The translations under genes and the position numbers were made by a program. The notes below the pieces were generated by a model. It saw nothing but the letters and a program-made list of their open reading frames with translations, was not told where the DNA came from and made no database searches. Below, one piece after another: positions 27,379 through 35,098 of a stretch of 64,000 nucleotides of DNA (positions within the stretch are counted from its first letter, which is position 1; each line of letters begins with the position of its first letter). The stretch covers positions 1,259 through 65,258 of the forward strand of contig JBAYMJ010000001.1 in the NCBI GenBank assembly GCA_041663565.1, in the 5' to 3' direction. The stretch is from Candidatus Micrarchaeia archaeon. GTDB lineage: Archaea; Micrarchaeota; Micrarchaeia; Norongarragalinales; CAINOH01.

Positions 27379-28959
27379 ATGGTAAAGCCGTTCAACGCAC
27401 CGTCGCTTCCCGGAGTCTACCTGATGAAGGACGCAAAGGGCGAAATCATCTACATAGGCAAGGCCAAGGACATCAAAAAGCGCGTCGCGTCCTACTTTCG
27501 GGAGAACGCGGACCTGCCGGACAAGACGGTCAGGCAGGTGGCGGAGACCGACACCGTCGAGTTCATCGTGACCGACAACGAGGTCGAGGCGCTCGTGCTC
27601 GAGGCCAACCTCATACGCAAGAACAAGCCCAAGTACAACATCGACCTGAAAGACTCCTTCCGCTACGCTTACGTGCTTGTCACCGACGAGGACTACCCCC
27701 AGATGATCACCGTGCGAAAGCTTCCCGGGAAGGAACGGGGCAAGGTGCTCGGGCCGTTCGTGTTCGGCGAGCAGCGCGCAATAGCGATGAATGCGCTGCG
27801 CAAGACTTTCAAGATTAGGACGTGCAAGCACCTCCCGAAGCGCGAGTGCCTGCTCTACCACATCGGCCAGTGCTCGGGCCCCTGCATCGGAAAGATTTCC
27901 AAGCAAGACTACAAGGCGAACGTGGACTCCGCAGTCAGGAGCCTTGAGGGAAACAACGATGAGCTTATTTTGGAGCTTGCAAAGAGGATGGCCGACGCTT
28001 CGAAGAACCAGCGCTTCGAGGAGGCCCTGAGGCTCCGCGAACAAATCCGCGCGCTTGGCGGCATCGCCGAGGAGCAGAAGATGGAGCACCACCTCGCGTT
28101 CGACCAGGACTTCATCGGCTTTGCGGCCGACCGCACCAAGGCCTGCGGCCAGGTGTTCAACCTAACGCGCGGCACCATCAAGCAGAGGCAGACGTTCCGC
28201 TTCGACGCGACAGCCGACCTGGTGCCGCAGTTCCTGCGCGAATACTACTCCTACGCGCACATCCCGGAGGAAATCGTGATTGCAAACGAGCTCGAGGAGG
28301 CGCCTGCGCTTGAGGAGTACCTCTCAAAGAATGCGGGAAAGAAGGTGCACATCGTGGTGCCCAAGAAGGGCTCAAAGAAGGAGCTTCTGGACTTGGTGGA
28401 AAAGAACGCGGCAATCGCATTGAATACGACCATATCGCCAGCACTCGGAGAGCTCAAGTCCGCACTCAGGCTGCCTCTTCTTCCGCGGGTGATGGAGTGC
28501 TTCGACATCTCCAACCTCGGAAAGGAAAACACCGTCGCAAGCATGGTGCGGTTCAAGGACGGCTCGCCGGACAAGGACAACTACAGGCAGTTCAAGATGA
28601 GGACGCTGACCGGCCAGAACGACTTCGACGCAATCAAGGAAGCCGTAGGCCGCCGCTACCGCAGGCTGCTTGAGGAAAACCAGCAGCTTCCCGACCTGAT
28701 TGTAATCGACGGAGGCAAGGGCCAGCTTCACGCCGCAATAGAGGCCCTGCTTGAATTGGGCGAGCGCGACATACCGATAATCTCGCTTGCAAAACGCAAC
28801 GAGGAAGTCTATTTGCCCACGCGCAGCATGCCCATCGTGCTTGACAAGAAGAGCGCTGGGCTGAAGCTCCTGCAGGCAATCCGCGACGAGGCGCACCGCT
28901 TTGCCAAGCGCTACCACACGAAGCTGCGCACTGACGAGTTTATCGTGGAAAAGAGGTAA
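27379..28959 (+). CDS. uvrC: excinuclease ABC subunit C (short form; appears to lack the C-terminal (HhH)2 domain)
   Basis: GIY-YIG N-terminus (PGVYLMKDAKGEIIYIGKAKDIKKRVASYF), UVR domain (RFEEALRLREQIRAL) and an endonuclease V-like domain (IECFDISNL...). Ends ...LQAIRDEAHRFAKRYHTKLRTDEFIVEKR at 526 aa, about where the HhH domain begins in the ~600-aa bacterial proteins as I recall them. Confidence 0.9.
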   Translation: MVKPFNAPSLPGVYLMKDAKGEIIYIGKAKDIKKRVASYFRENADLPDKTVRQVAETDTVEFIVTDNEVEALVLEANLIRKNKPKYNIDLKDSFRYAYVLVTDEDYPQMITVRKLPGKERGKVLGPFVFGEQRAIAMNALRKTFKIRTCKHLPKRECLLYHIGQCSGPCIGKISKQDYKANVDSAVRSLEGNNDELILELAKRMADASKNQRFEEALRLREQIRALGGIAEEQKMEHHLAFDQDFIGFAADRTKACGQVFNLTRGTIKQRQTFRFDATADLVPQFLREYYSYAHIPEEIVIANELEEAPALEEYLSKNAGKKVHIVVPKKGSKKELLDLVEKNAAIALNTTISPALGELKSALRLPLLPRVMECFDISNLGKENTVASMVRFKDGSPDKDNYRQFKMRTLTGQNDFDAIKEAVGRRYRRLLEENQQLPDLIVIDGGKGQLHAAIEALLELGERDIPIISLAKRNEEVYLPTRSMPIVLDKKSAGLKLLQAIRDEAHRFAKRYHTKLRTDEFIVEKR

Positions 28960-29026
28960 AGAAAGAAGATTAAAAGAAAAAATAAAAGTAGTGCCTAACT
29001 AATTCCAGCTTGCCCGGCTGCCAACG

Positions 29027-31024
29027 CTATTTGCACCAGAAGCACCACGTGTTGCCCTTGCACCAGCACAGCAGGCCCTCGAGGAAGCCGGGTTTTGCGA
29101 GCACGAGGCCGGTCGCGGGCGAGGCCGTCTTGGCGGGAGTCTTGACCGGGGCGAACGAGGTTGCGTTCTGCGCCACGTTCTGTATCACAAACAGCGCGCG
29201 CACGGGCGACTTCGCGTACTCGATTGAAACGTGTGTGCGGTCCACCGAAAGTATGCGCGAGCCGCGGTCCGTTATGAAGCTTGCCTTGTACGCGGGCGCG
29301 GTGTAGAGGGTCTGGTTGTACGAAAGCATCGTCGAGGACGCCGAGCCGCGCGAGTCGGCAAACACCCCTCCGTTGCCCTGGCTTGGGTCTATGAGCGCGC
29401 ATAGGTAGCGCGTGTCACCCGAATTGTCGGCCACGCAGAGCATGCTCTGGTCCGCCGAGTAGTTGAACGCCACCGCGGCGGAATCGGAGGACGAGTAATG
29501 GTAGGACGGCATCGAGGACTGCATCGTCCAGTAGCCGTTGGCGTTCTGGATGAGGGGGGTCCCCGCAGTCGCGACCACGCCGGTAGAGCCCGAAAGGTCG
29601 GCAAGGGGTATGCGCAGCATCGAGCCGTTGATGCTCGAGTTTGAGGGCGAGGGGAACGCGTCCACGACCCCGCTGACGACCTCCACGAAAGGCCCGGACC
29701 ACGTACCGGCCTCGCTGTACGGCATCGTGGTGTTCTGGATGTTGAAGCTTAGCTGGTCATACGTGTCGCCGGTGACGTTGATTCCCAAGTACGAAAGCTG
29801 GAACGCCGGCTCGCCGGGGATGATGGTCATCGAGTCGTTTGCCATCAGCTTGTCGCCCGGCCGCGGGTTGGGGAACGTCGAGTATATCAGTATCTTGCTT
29901 ATTGCCGACGAGTTGCCAGACATCGTGCTTACGATGTCCGCGTACCAGTACATGTTGGCCGTGGAGTCGATGGGCAGGTTGCGCTTCAAGGTAAGCACGG
30001 TCGACATCGCGGTGACGTCCGCCCTGGGCGCGGAGTTGTTGTCAAGGTAGGCGCGGTTGAGGCGCATGGTGATGCCACTCACGTTGACTTGCTTGCCCAC
30101 GGCAAGCTGCGCAACCATGGCGCCGTCTGCCGGCGTATCAATGCTGAAGCTTGCAAGCTTGGGCACTCCGCGCACAGCGCCGGTCATTGAGAACTCGGAA
30201 AGCGTGGCCTTGGAGCTTGCGCCAATCCACATCACGTCGCCTGGAAGCATTCCGGTTGCGCTCGCAAGGACCTTGCCGAGGGTCAGCGAGGTTACGTTGT
30301 CGCCGTTTGCGGTGTAGTCAAGCACGAGCCAGTCCGAGCCCAGCATGCGGATCACCGTGTTGGTCTCAAGGCGGTCGTCATCGCCGCAGTCCGAAGACGT
30401 GTTCGTGGTGTTCCAGCAGGTGGGAAGCGCGTTGTTGAAAGTCATAGCGTACGCCGCGCGCGGCTTCTCCGCAATCACCGAATACCCCGAGTTGGAATCG
30501 TAGCGCACGTGCGCGCCCAGGTAGATTGACTGCGACTCGGTCACGCTCACGCTCAGGTTGTTCGCCACGCGGAAGTCGGGGATGCACGCAATCGAGCCGG
30601 AAGTGACCTGGAACGCCGAGCCGGTATCGGTGCCCCCATCGTACAGAGTGCCGGTCGAGCGTTCGCCGTGGTTGTCAAGGTAGTCGTTGATGTAGGTGTT
30701 GAACGTGTAGTTGACTATGGGCGTGGGGGAAGCTGCAGCCGGCCTTGGCGAAGGGCTGGGCGAAGGCGACGGGCTCGGAGAAGGGGAGGGGCTCGGGGAC
30801 GGGCTCGCCTCTGGGGACGGGCTGGGCGAAGGCGACGGGCTAGGCGACGCCTCGGGGGACGGGCTTGCCTCCGCCGATGGCTGGACCGAAGGCTCGACTG
30901 ACGGCAAGACCGAAGGCAAGGGGCTTGGCGTGGCCTCGGCGGTGCCGGAAAGGTCGATGCAGCCCGCAAGCAGCGATGCGGATGCGAATATCAGAGCGAA
31001 TGCAAAAAGCCTAGAAAAGTCCAA
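29027..31024 (-). CDS. secreted lipobox protein with (SP)n linker; surface glycoprotein / S-layer candidate
   Basis: Preferred start is the TTG at 31024, giving MDFSRLFAFALIFASASLLAGC (lipobox LAGC). It is preceded by AGGGGAGAA and a TATA-like element. The ORF-track start is a GTG at 31054. Has a long Ser-Pro linker and many N-x-S/T sequons. The C-terminus is ...KPGFLEGLLCWCKGNTWCFWCK. Confidence 0.6.
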   Translation of the reverse strand: MDFSRLFAFALIFASASLLAGCIDLSGTAEATPSPLPSVLPSVEPSVQPSAEASPSPEASPSPSPSPSPSPEASPSPSPSPSPSPSPSPSPSPRPAAASPTPIVNYTFNTYINDYLDNHGERSTGTLYDGGTDTGSAFQVTSGSIACIPDFRVANNLSVSVTESQSIYLGAHVRYDSNSGYSVIAEKPRAAYAMTFNNALPTCWNTTNTSSDCGDDDRLETNTVIRMLGSDWLVLDYTANGDNVTSLTLGKVLASATGMLPGDVMWIGASSKATLSEFSMTGAVRGVPKLASFSIDTPADGAMVAQLAVGKQVNVSGITMRLNRAYLDNNSAPRADVTAMSTVLTLKRNLPIDSTANMYWYADIVSTMSGNSSAISKILIYSTFPNPRPGDKLMANDSMTIIPGEPAFQLSYLGINVTGDTYDQLSFNIQNTTMPYSEAGTWSGPFVEVVSGVVDAFPSPSNSSINGSMLRIPLADLSGSTGVVATAGTPLIQNANGYWTMQSSMPSYHYSSSDSAAVAFNYSADQSMLCVADNSGDTRYLCALIDPSQGNGGVFADSRGSASSTMLSYNQTLYTAPAYKASFITDRGSRILSVDRTHVSIEYAKSPVRALFVIQNVAQNATSFAPVKTPAKTASPATGLVLAKPGFLEGLLCWCKGNTWCFWCK
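30746..30868 (-). repeat. coding (Ser-Pro)n / EASPSP low-complexity repeat
   Basis: Protein aa ~63-103 read EASPSPEASPSPSPSPSPSPEASPSPSPSPSPSPSPSPSPSP. The DNA shows a repeating GGCGAAGG/GGGCT(C/G)GG periodicity. Confidence 0.85.
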
Positions 31025-31061
31025 ATCGTGTTCTCCCCTCAGGAGCAATAACACTTTGGGG

Positions 31062-31070
31062 ATATATAAA
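31062..31070 (-). promoter_or_regulatory. TATA-box-like element (TTTATATAT on the minus strand)
   Basis: Centre lies ~42 nt upstream of the TTG at 31024. This is consistent with a TSS near 31040 and a short leader carrying GGGGAG. Confidence 0.45.
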
Positions 31071-31168
31071 TGCTAGAAAAAGCCGCCCGCCGGCAGGGGC
31101 CAAAAAAACAAATAGGAAAATAAAAAAAATGAAAAAGGAGGAAAAGAAAATGGAAGCGGCGCCGCAAC

Positions 31169-32110
31169 TCAGCGCCCGTACTTCGCCATCATTTCCTTGA
31201 TTTGCTTGGTCATGGCAATCGCGTTCTTGTGGTCGCGCTGCCACATGTTGCGGCCGAAGATGATGCCGGTCACGCCGCCCTTCATCACATTCTCAAGCTT
31301 CTTGACAAGGTCGGCGTCGCCCATCTTCTCCCCGCCTGAAATCAGCACCATCGTGCGGCCGGCTGACTCGACAACCCGCTTGACGCGCTCCTCGTCGGAT
31401 GCGGCCTCCAGTGCGAGGTACTGCTTGTAGTCGTCGTCCTTTGAGCAGAGCTTTTCGTAGTCGGCCAGCTTTTCGGGCTTGACTTTCTTGGGGATGTTGA
31501 CCTTGACTATGTCCGCGCCAAGCTCGTTTGCGACCCTCGCCGCATAGTCAACCGCGTAAAGGGAAGTCTGGCCGCCCTTCTTGTCAATTGCCTCGCCGCG
31601 CGGGTAGGACCACACTATGAGGGGCATTCCGAACCTCTCGCATTCGGCGCGCACCGAGTTGAGCTGCGCGATGTCGCGGTCCTGCGCGGGCGAGCCCGTG
31701 TAGAGCGTATAGCCGACTGCGTCTGCACCAAGCGCAACGGCCTCCTCAACAGTGCCCGTAAGGGGCGAGAACGCCTGCGCGTCGGACGGGATGGTGGTCT
31801 TGCCGTTGAGCTTGAGCACAAGGGGGACTTCGCCTGCGTACTCCTTCATGTACTTCCTTGCCAGGCCGATGTGAATCGCAACTGCGGAGTATCCGCCTTC
31901 CTTTGCAAGCTTCATCACGTATTCCGGGTCCTTGCTTACGGGATTCGGGAAAAAGTCGACCGGGCCGTGCTCGAGCCCCTGGTCGTAGGGCAAAATCATG
32001 AGCGTGCCGTTCTTTGGCCCGTGCTCGTAAAGGAGCCTGTGCATCCTCGTGCGCTTGCCTAGGCCCACGTCGAGGTCCTTGAGTGCAGGTGCCTTGAATT
32101 CAGTTGCCAT
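31169..32110 (-). CDS. fba: class I fructose-bisphosphate aldolase, archaeal type (DhnA/FbaB family)
   Basis: Start trimmed to the ATG at 32110 (MATEFKAPALKDLDVGLGKRTRMHRLL...). ILPYDQGLEHGP, GADAVGYTLY, IVWSYPRG and ADIVKVN are blocks typical of archaeal class IA aldolase. 313 aa. Confidence 0.85.
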   Translation of the reverse strand: MATEFKAPALKDLDVGLGKRTRMHRLLYEHGPKNGTLMILPYDQGLEHGPVDFFPNPVSKDPEYVMKLAKEGGYSAVAIHIGLARKYMKEYAGEVPLVLKLNGKTTIPSDAQAFSPLTGTVEEAVALGADAVGYTLYTGSPAQDRDIAQLNSVRAECERFGMPLIVWSYPRGEAIDKKGGQTSLYAVDYAARVANELGADIVKVNIPKKVKPEKLADYEKLCSKDDDYKQYLALEAASDEERVKRVVESAGRTMVLISGGEKMGDADLVKKLENVMKGGVTGIIFGRNMWQRDHKNAIAMTKQIKEMMAKYGR

Positions 32111-32175
32111 TTGCCAAAACCTACCTCCAAAAATAATCTGGTGAGATATCCCTAAACATTTCAAATTCCGGCCTT

Positions 32176-33189
32176 TTATTTGGCCGCCTTGGGCCTGCAG
32201 TTGTGCTTGTTGTCCTCCTTTATCTTGTGCCACCAGGCGTCGGCCTGGCTCTTGAAATGGTGCTGGGACTCTATGGTGCGCACCGTACCCGACTGCGCGT
32301 CCATCACGACTGTGCTTGTGACCGCGCCGTTGTCGGTGAAGCGCACGCCCTTGATGAGCGGGCCGTCGGTGACGCCGGATGCGATGAACATCGACTGGTC
32401 GCCCTTGACCAGGTCGTTGAGCTTGAGTACGCGCTCGGGGTCGCCTATTCCCATCTTTATTGCGCGCTCGCGCTCCTCTGGCTTGCGGAACTTGAGCGTC
32501 CCCTGCATGTCGCCGCCCAGGGTCTTCAGGGCAGCAGCTGCAAGCACGCCTTCGGGCGCGCCGCCAATCCCGAGGAGCATGTCGATGCCGGAGTAGTCGA
32601 ATACCGTTGATATTGCTGCGGACACGTCGCCGTCGCCGATTAGGCGGATGCGTGCACCGGCATGCCTCACCTGGTGGATGAGGTCCTTGTGCCTGTCGCG
32701 CTCAAGGATGATGACCGTAAGCTCAGCAGGGTCCTTTCCGAGCTTGTCTGCAACCGCGTAGACGTTGTCCTGCACGCTCGCGTTGATGTCAATTGCGCCC
32801 TTTGCCTTGGGTCCGACCGCAATCTTGTCCATGTAAGTGTCAGGGGCCTTGAGCAGCGTGCCCTTGGGGCCTGCCGCCATCACCGCGATGGCGTTGATGC
32901 CTCCCTTTGCGCAGATGTTGGTGCCCTCGAGGGGGTCAACTGCGATGTCGATTTCAGTTCCCCTGCCCGTGCCCACGTGCTCGCCTATGTAGAGCATGGG
33001 CGCCTCGTCGCGCTCACCTTCGCCTATGACGATCTCGCCTTTGAAATCAAGGGTGTTGAACGCGTCGCGCATGGCGGTGACGGCCGCCTGGTCTGCAGCA
33101 TCGTTGTCGCCCCTGCCCACCCAGTGGGCTGAAGCGTAGGCGGCAGCCTCGGTCACGCGCACGAAGTCCAATGCCAAGTTATGGTCCAT
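32176..33189 (-). CDS. glpX: fructose-1,6-bisphosphatase class II (GlpX type)
   Basis: LALDFVRVTEAAAYASAHWVGRGDNDAADQAAVTAMR, IVIGEGERDEAPMLYIGE, DIAVDPLEGTN and RLIGDGDVSAAI are the GlpX signature blocks. Confidence 0.9.
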   Translation of the reverse strand: MDHNLALDFVRVTEAAAYASAHWVGRGDNDAADQAAVTAMRDAFNTLDFKGEIVIGEGERDEAPMLYIGEHVGTGRGTEIDIAVDPLEGTNICAKGGINAIAVMAAGPKGTLLKAPDTYMDKIAVGPKAKGAIDINASVQDNVYAVADKLGKDPAELTVIILERDRHKDLIHQVRHAGARIRLIGDGDVSAAISTVFDYSGIDMLLGIGGAPEGVLAAAALKTLGGDMQGTLKFRKPEERERAIKMGIGDPERVLKLNDLVKGDQSMFIASGVTDGPLIKGVRFTDNGAVTSTVVMDAQSGTVRTIESQHHFKSQADAWWHKIKEDNKHNCRPKAAK

Positions 33190-33532
33190 TTAGTATGCAC
33201 TCCCCTGTAGCTAGTTGTCTCGATTAATGCGCTTGAACGCAAGGAATGATTGGGAATGAGAAAGAGGGCGTTTTTGGCTTCCAAGCCACCTAGTCACACC
33301 GGGTTACCCCCGTTGGGTTGAAGCCCTCGGTCCCTCCTCCCCTTCCACTCTGTTCGGTTTTCTTATATGGGTCTTCCCTTCGCCTGAGGGACGCCATCTG
33401 GCCGCCCCATCTTAGGCAAAAGTATGAAGAAGTATGAATTATTAAAGGTTTTCCTGCAACGTAGAGTTGCAAGTATTACGGAGTATGAATGCTTTATATT
33501 GCCGGCTTTTGATACTACTTGGGGTTAGACTG

Positions 33533-34390
33533 ATGGAGCGAATCACGATTACAATCGACGACGCGCTGCTTCGCCAGATTGACAACACCATCGACGGCCA
33601 CGAGGTCAAGAATCGCTCGCACGCAATCGACCGCATACTCAAGAAGGCCCTGTCCTCCACGCTTGCGCGCCAGGCCGTTGTGCTTGCAGGCGGAAGCGAC
33701 GACCGCCTCGCCCTGCCTTCCGGAAAGGCAATCAAACCCCTGCTGGAAGTCGGCGGCAAGCCGGTGATTGAGCACATCATAGGCCAGTTCAAAAGGTACG
33801 GCCTGGACGAGGCCATCATCTGCCTTTCGATGCAGGGCGAAGGAATCAAGGCCAAGCTGCAGGAAGGAAAGTCCATAGGCATGAAGATAAACTACCTGTG
33901 GGAGAACTCGCCATCCGGAAGCGCCGGCGGCCTGCTCCTTGCAAAGCCCCTGGTCAAAGACACGTTCATACTCTCCTACGCGGACGTGCTTTACGACGAA
34001 CTCGACATCTCTGACATGATACAGTTCCACAAGGCAAACAAGGCCCTCTGCACCCTTGCGCTTGCGAACGTGCGCGACGCAAAGAACTACGGAGTTGCGA
34101 AGATGCGCGGAAGCCAAATCATCGACTTTTCGGAGAAACCGGACGCCACCTCAAGCAACTTGGTCAACGCGGGCATCGCAATCTGCGAACCCGAGATATT
34201 CGACCTGTACAAGCCGGGAATCAAGAGCTTCGAATCAGACCTCCTTCCCCTGATTGCGGAGAAGCAGAAGCTGTTCGGCTACGTCTACTCCGGGCCGTGG
34301 TTCGAGCTCGGCTCGCAGACACAGGTAGATGCGGCGAAAAAGTACTACTCGCCGAAGAAGGAAGACGCTGCGGAAGAGAAGAAGGGCTGA
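33533..34390 (+). CDS. ribbon-helix-helix (CopG/NikR-like) domain fused to a sugar-phosphate nucleotidyltransferase
   Basis: Start at the ATG at 33533. MERITITIDDALLRQIDNTI...NRSHAIDRILKKAL is an RHH pattern. It is followed by AVVLAGGSDDRL...KPLLEVGGKPVIEHII (the NTP_transferase G-rich loop) and YGV...VNAGIAICEP. Confidence 0.75.
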   Translation: MERITITIDDALLRQIDNTIDGHEVKNRSHAIDRILKKALSSTLARQAVVLAGGSDDRLALPSGKAIKPLLEVGGKPVIEHIIGQFKRYGLDEAIICLSMQGEGIKAKLQEGKSIGMKINYLWENSPSGSAGGLLLAKPLVKDTFILSYADVLYDELDISDMIQFHKANKALCTLALANVRDAKNYGVAKMRGSQIIDFSEKPDATSSNLVNAGIAICEPEIFDLYKPGIKSFESDLLPLIAEKQKLFGYVYSGPWFELGSQTQVDAAKKYYSPKKEDAAEEKKG

Positions 34391-34404
34391 ACTATTTCTT
34401 CCGG

Positions 34405-34758
34405 CTAACGCACGCGATAACCAAAGCGTTTTTCGTATCCTTTGTGGTCGAACCACTCAAGGATAACCGCTATGATTTCGACATCGTTTCCCTTGATCGA
34501 ATAAATCAGACGCCAGCCACCCGGCAAGTCGTATTTCCGAAGGTTGTCTATCCTATACCGCAGGACGTATTCCCGTGGCCAGAGCCGCTTTGGGATGACT
34601 ACGCCCACCAACGGATTTTCCAATAGGCCCGCAATCGCCCGATTCAGAAAGCCTGCAAGCACCCGCTCCTCGGACCGCCCGACTTTCAGCTGTTCGAACT
34701 CCGCCTTGACGCGCTCGTCCGCGAATGCTACTTTCCTTTGCCTTTGGTCCGCTTTCAA
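34405..34758 (-). CDS. RelE/ParE-superfamily toxin
   Basis: 117 aa. LENPLVG...KRLWPREYVLRYRIDNLRKYDLPGGWRLIYSIKGNDVEIIAVILEWFDHKGYEKRFGY fits the RelE/StbE fold pattern. The start is a TTG at 34758. Confidence 0.7.
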   Translation of the reverse strand: MKADQRQRKVAFADERVKAEFEQLKVGRSEERVLAGFLNRAIAGLLENPLVGVVIPKRLWPREYVLRYRIDNLRKYDLPGGWRLIYSIKGNDVEIIAVILEWFDHKGYEKRFGYRVR

Positions 34759-35044
34759 AGATTACTAGCCCCTTTTGCTTCAATTCCGCAATACCATCCG
34801 GATCCCACAGCCACGTCACGGTCTTGTCCGGCTCGACGTGAATCTTTCCGGAATACTCAAGGTAGTCCAAAATCGTAGTGTAGGTTGTCCAGAGGACTTT
34901 TTTAGGAAGCGCACGCCAGATTTCCGTCAAAGTCAGGTCGCTTTTGTTGTCGTAAAGCGCCTTCTCCACCATCAGCACGGTATCAAGGCGCGGGTAGCGG
35001 TCGAGGTTGCGGGGCTTGAATTTTACGAAAGCCGTTGCGGACAT
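34553..35044 (-). CDS. winged-helix-like small protein upstream of RelE (putative antitoxin/regulator); 3' end questionable
   Basis: MSATAFVKFKPRNLDRYPRLDTVLMVEKALYDNKSDLTLTEIWRALPKKVLWTTYTTILDYLEYSGKIHVEPDKTVTWLWDPDGIAELKQKG looks like a wHTH. As sequenced, the frame then continues ~200 nt into the RelE gene as Arg/Gly/Ala-rich junk-like sequence. A -1 shift in the AAAAGGGG run near 34770 would stop it at 34759 (TGA) (a +1 shift would hit TAG at 34768). Confidence 0.45.
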   Translation of the reverse strand: MSATAFVKFKPRNLDRYPRLDTVLMVEKALYDNKSDLTLTEIWRALPKKVLWTTYTTILDYLEYSGKIHVEPDKTVTWLWDPDGIAELKQKGLVIFESGPKAKESSIRGRARQGGVRTAESRAVRGAGACRLSESGDCGPIGKSVGGRSHPKAALATGIRPAV

Positions 35045-35098
35045 ATTAATCACTTGATAAATTAATCAGCGGATAAACTATTAATACTGCGGTCGAGG

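Noticed and set aside
27346-28092. 248-aa minus-strand ORF
   Set aside because: It is antisense to uvrC, whose GIY-YIG and UVR domains are present on the + strand. It has a Leu/Val/Arg/Ala-rich shadow-frame composition.
30719-30934. Short periodic GC-rich DNA repeats (possible CRISPR or tandem repeat)
   Set aside because: The periodicity is 6-18 nt and lies inside an ORF, where it encodes (SP)n/EASPSP. There are no spacers and no cas genes, so it is a coding low-complexity repeat.
33290-33472. 60-aa minus-strand ORF, and the idea that this intergenic region is SRP RNA or RNase P RNA
   Set aside because: The ORF composition is implausible. I could not find the conserved SRP helix-8 (GGAAGGGAGCA-type) or RNase P CR-I/CR-V motifs, and the structured core (~150 nt) is too short for either. 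It is kept only as an unspecified candidate ncRNA or leader.
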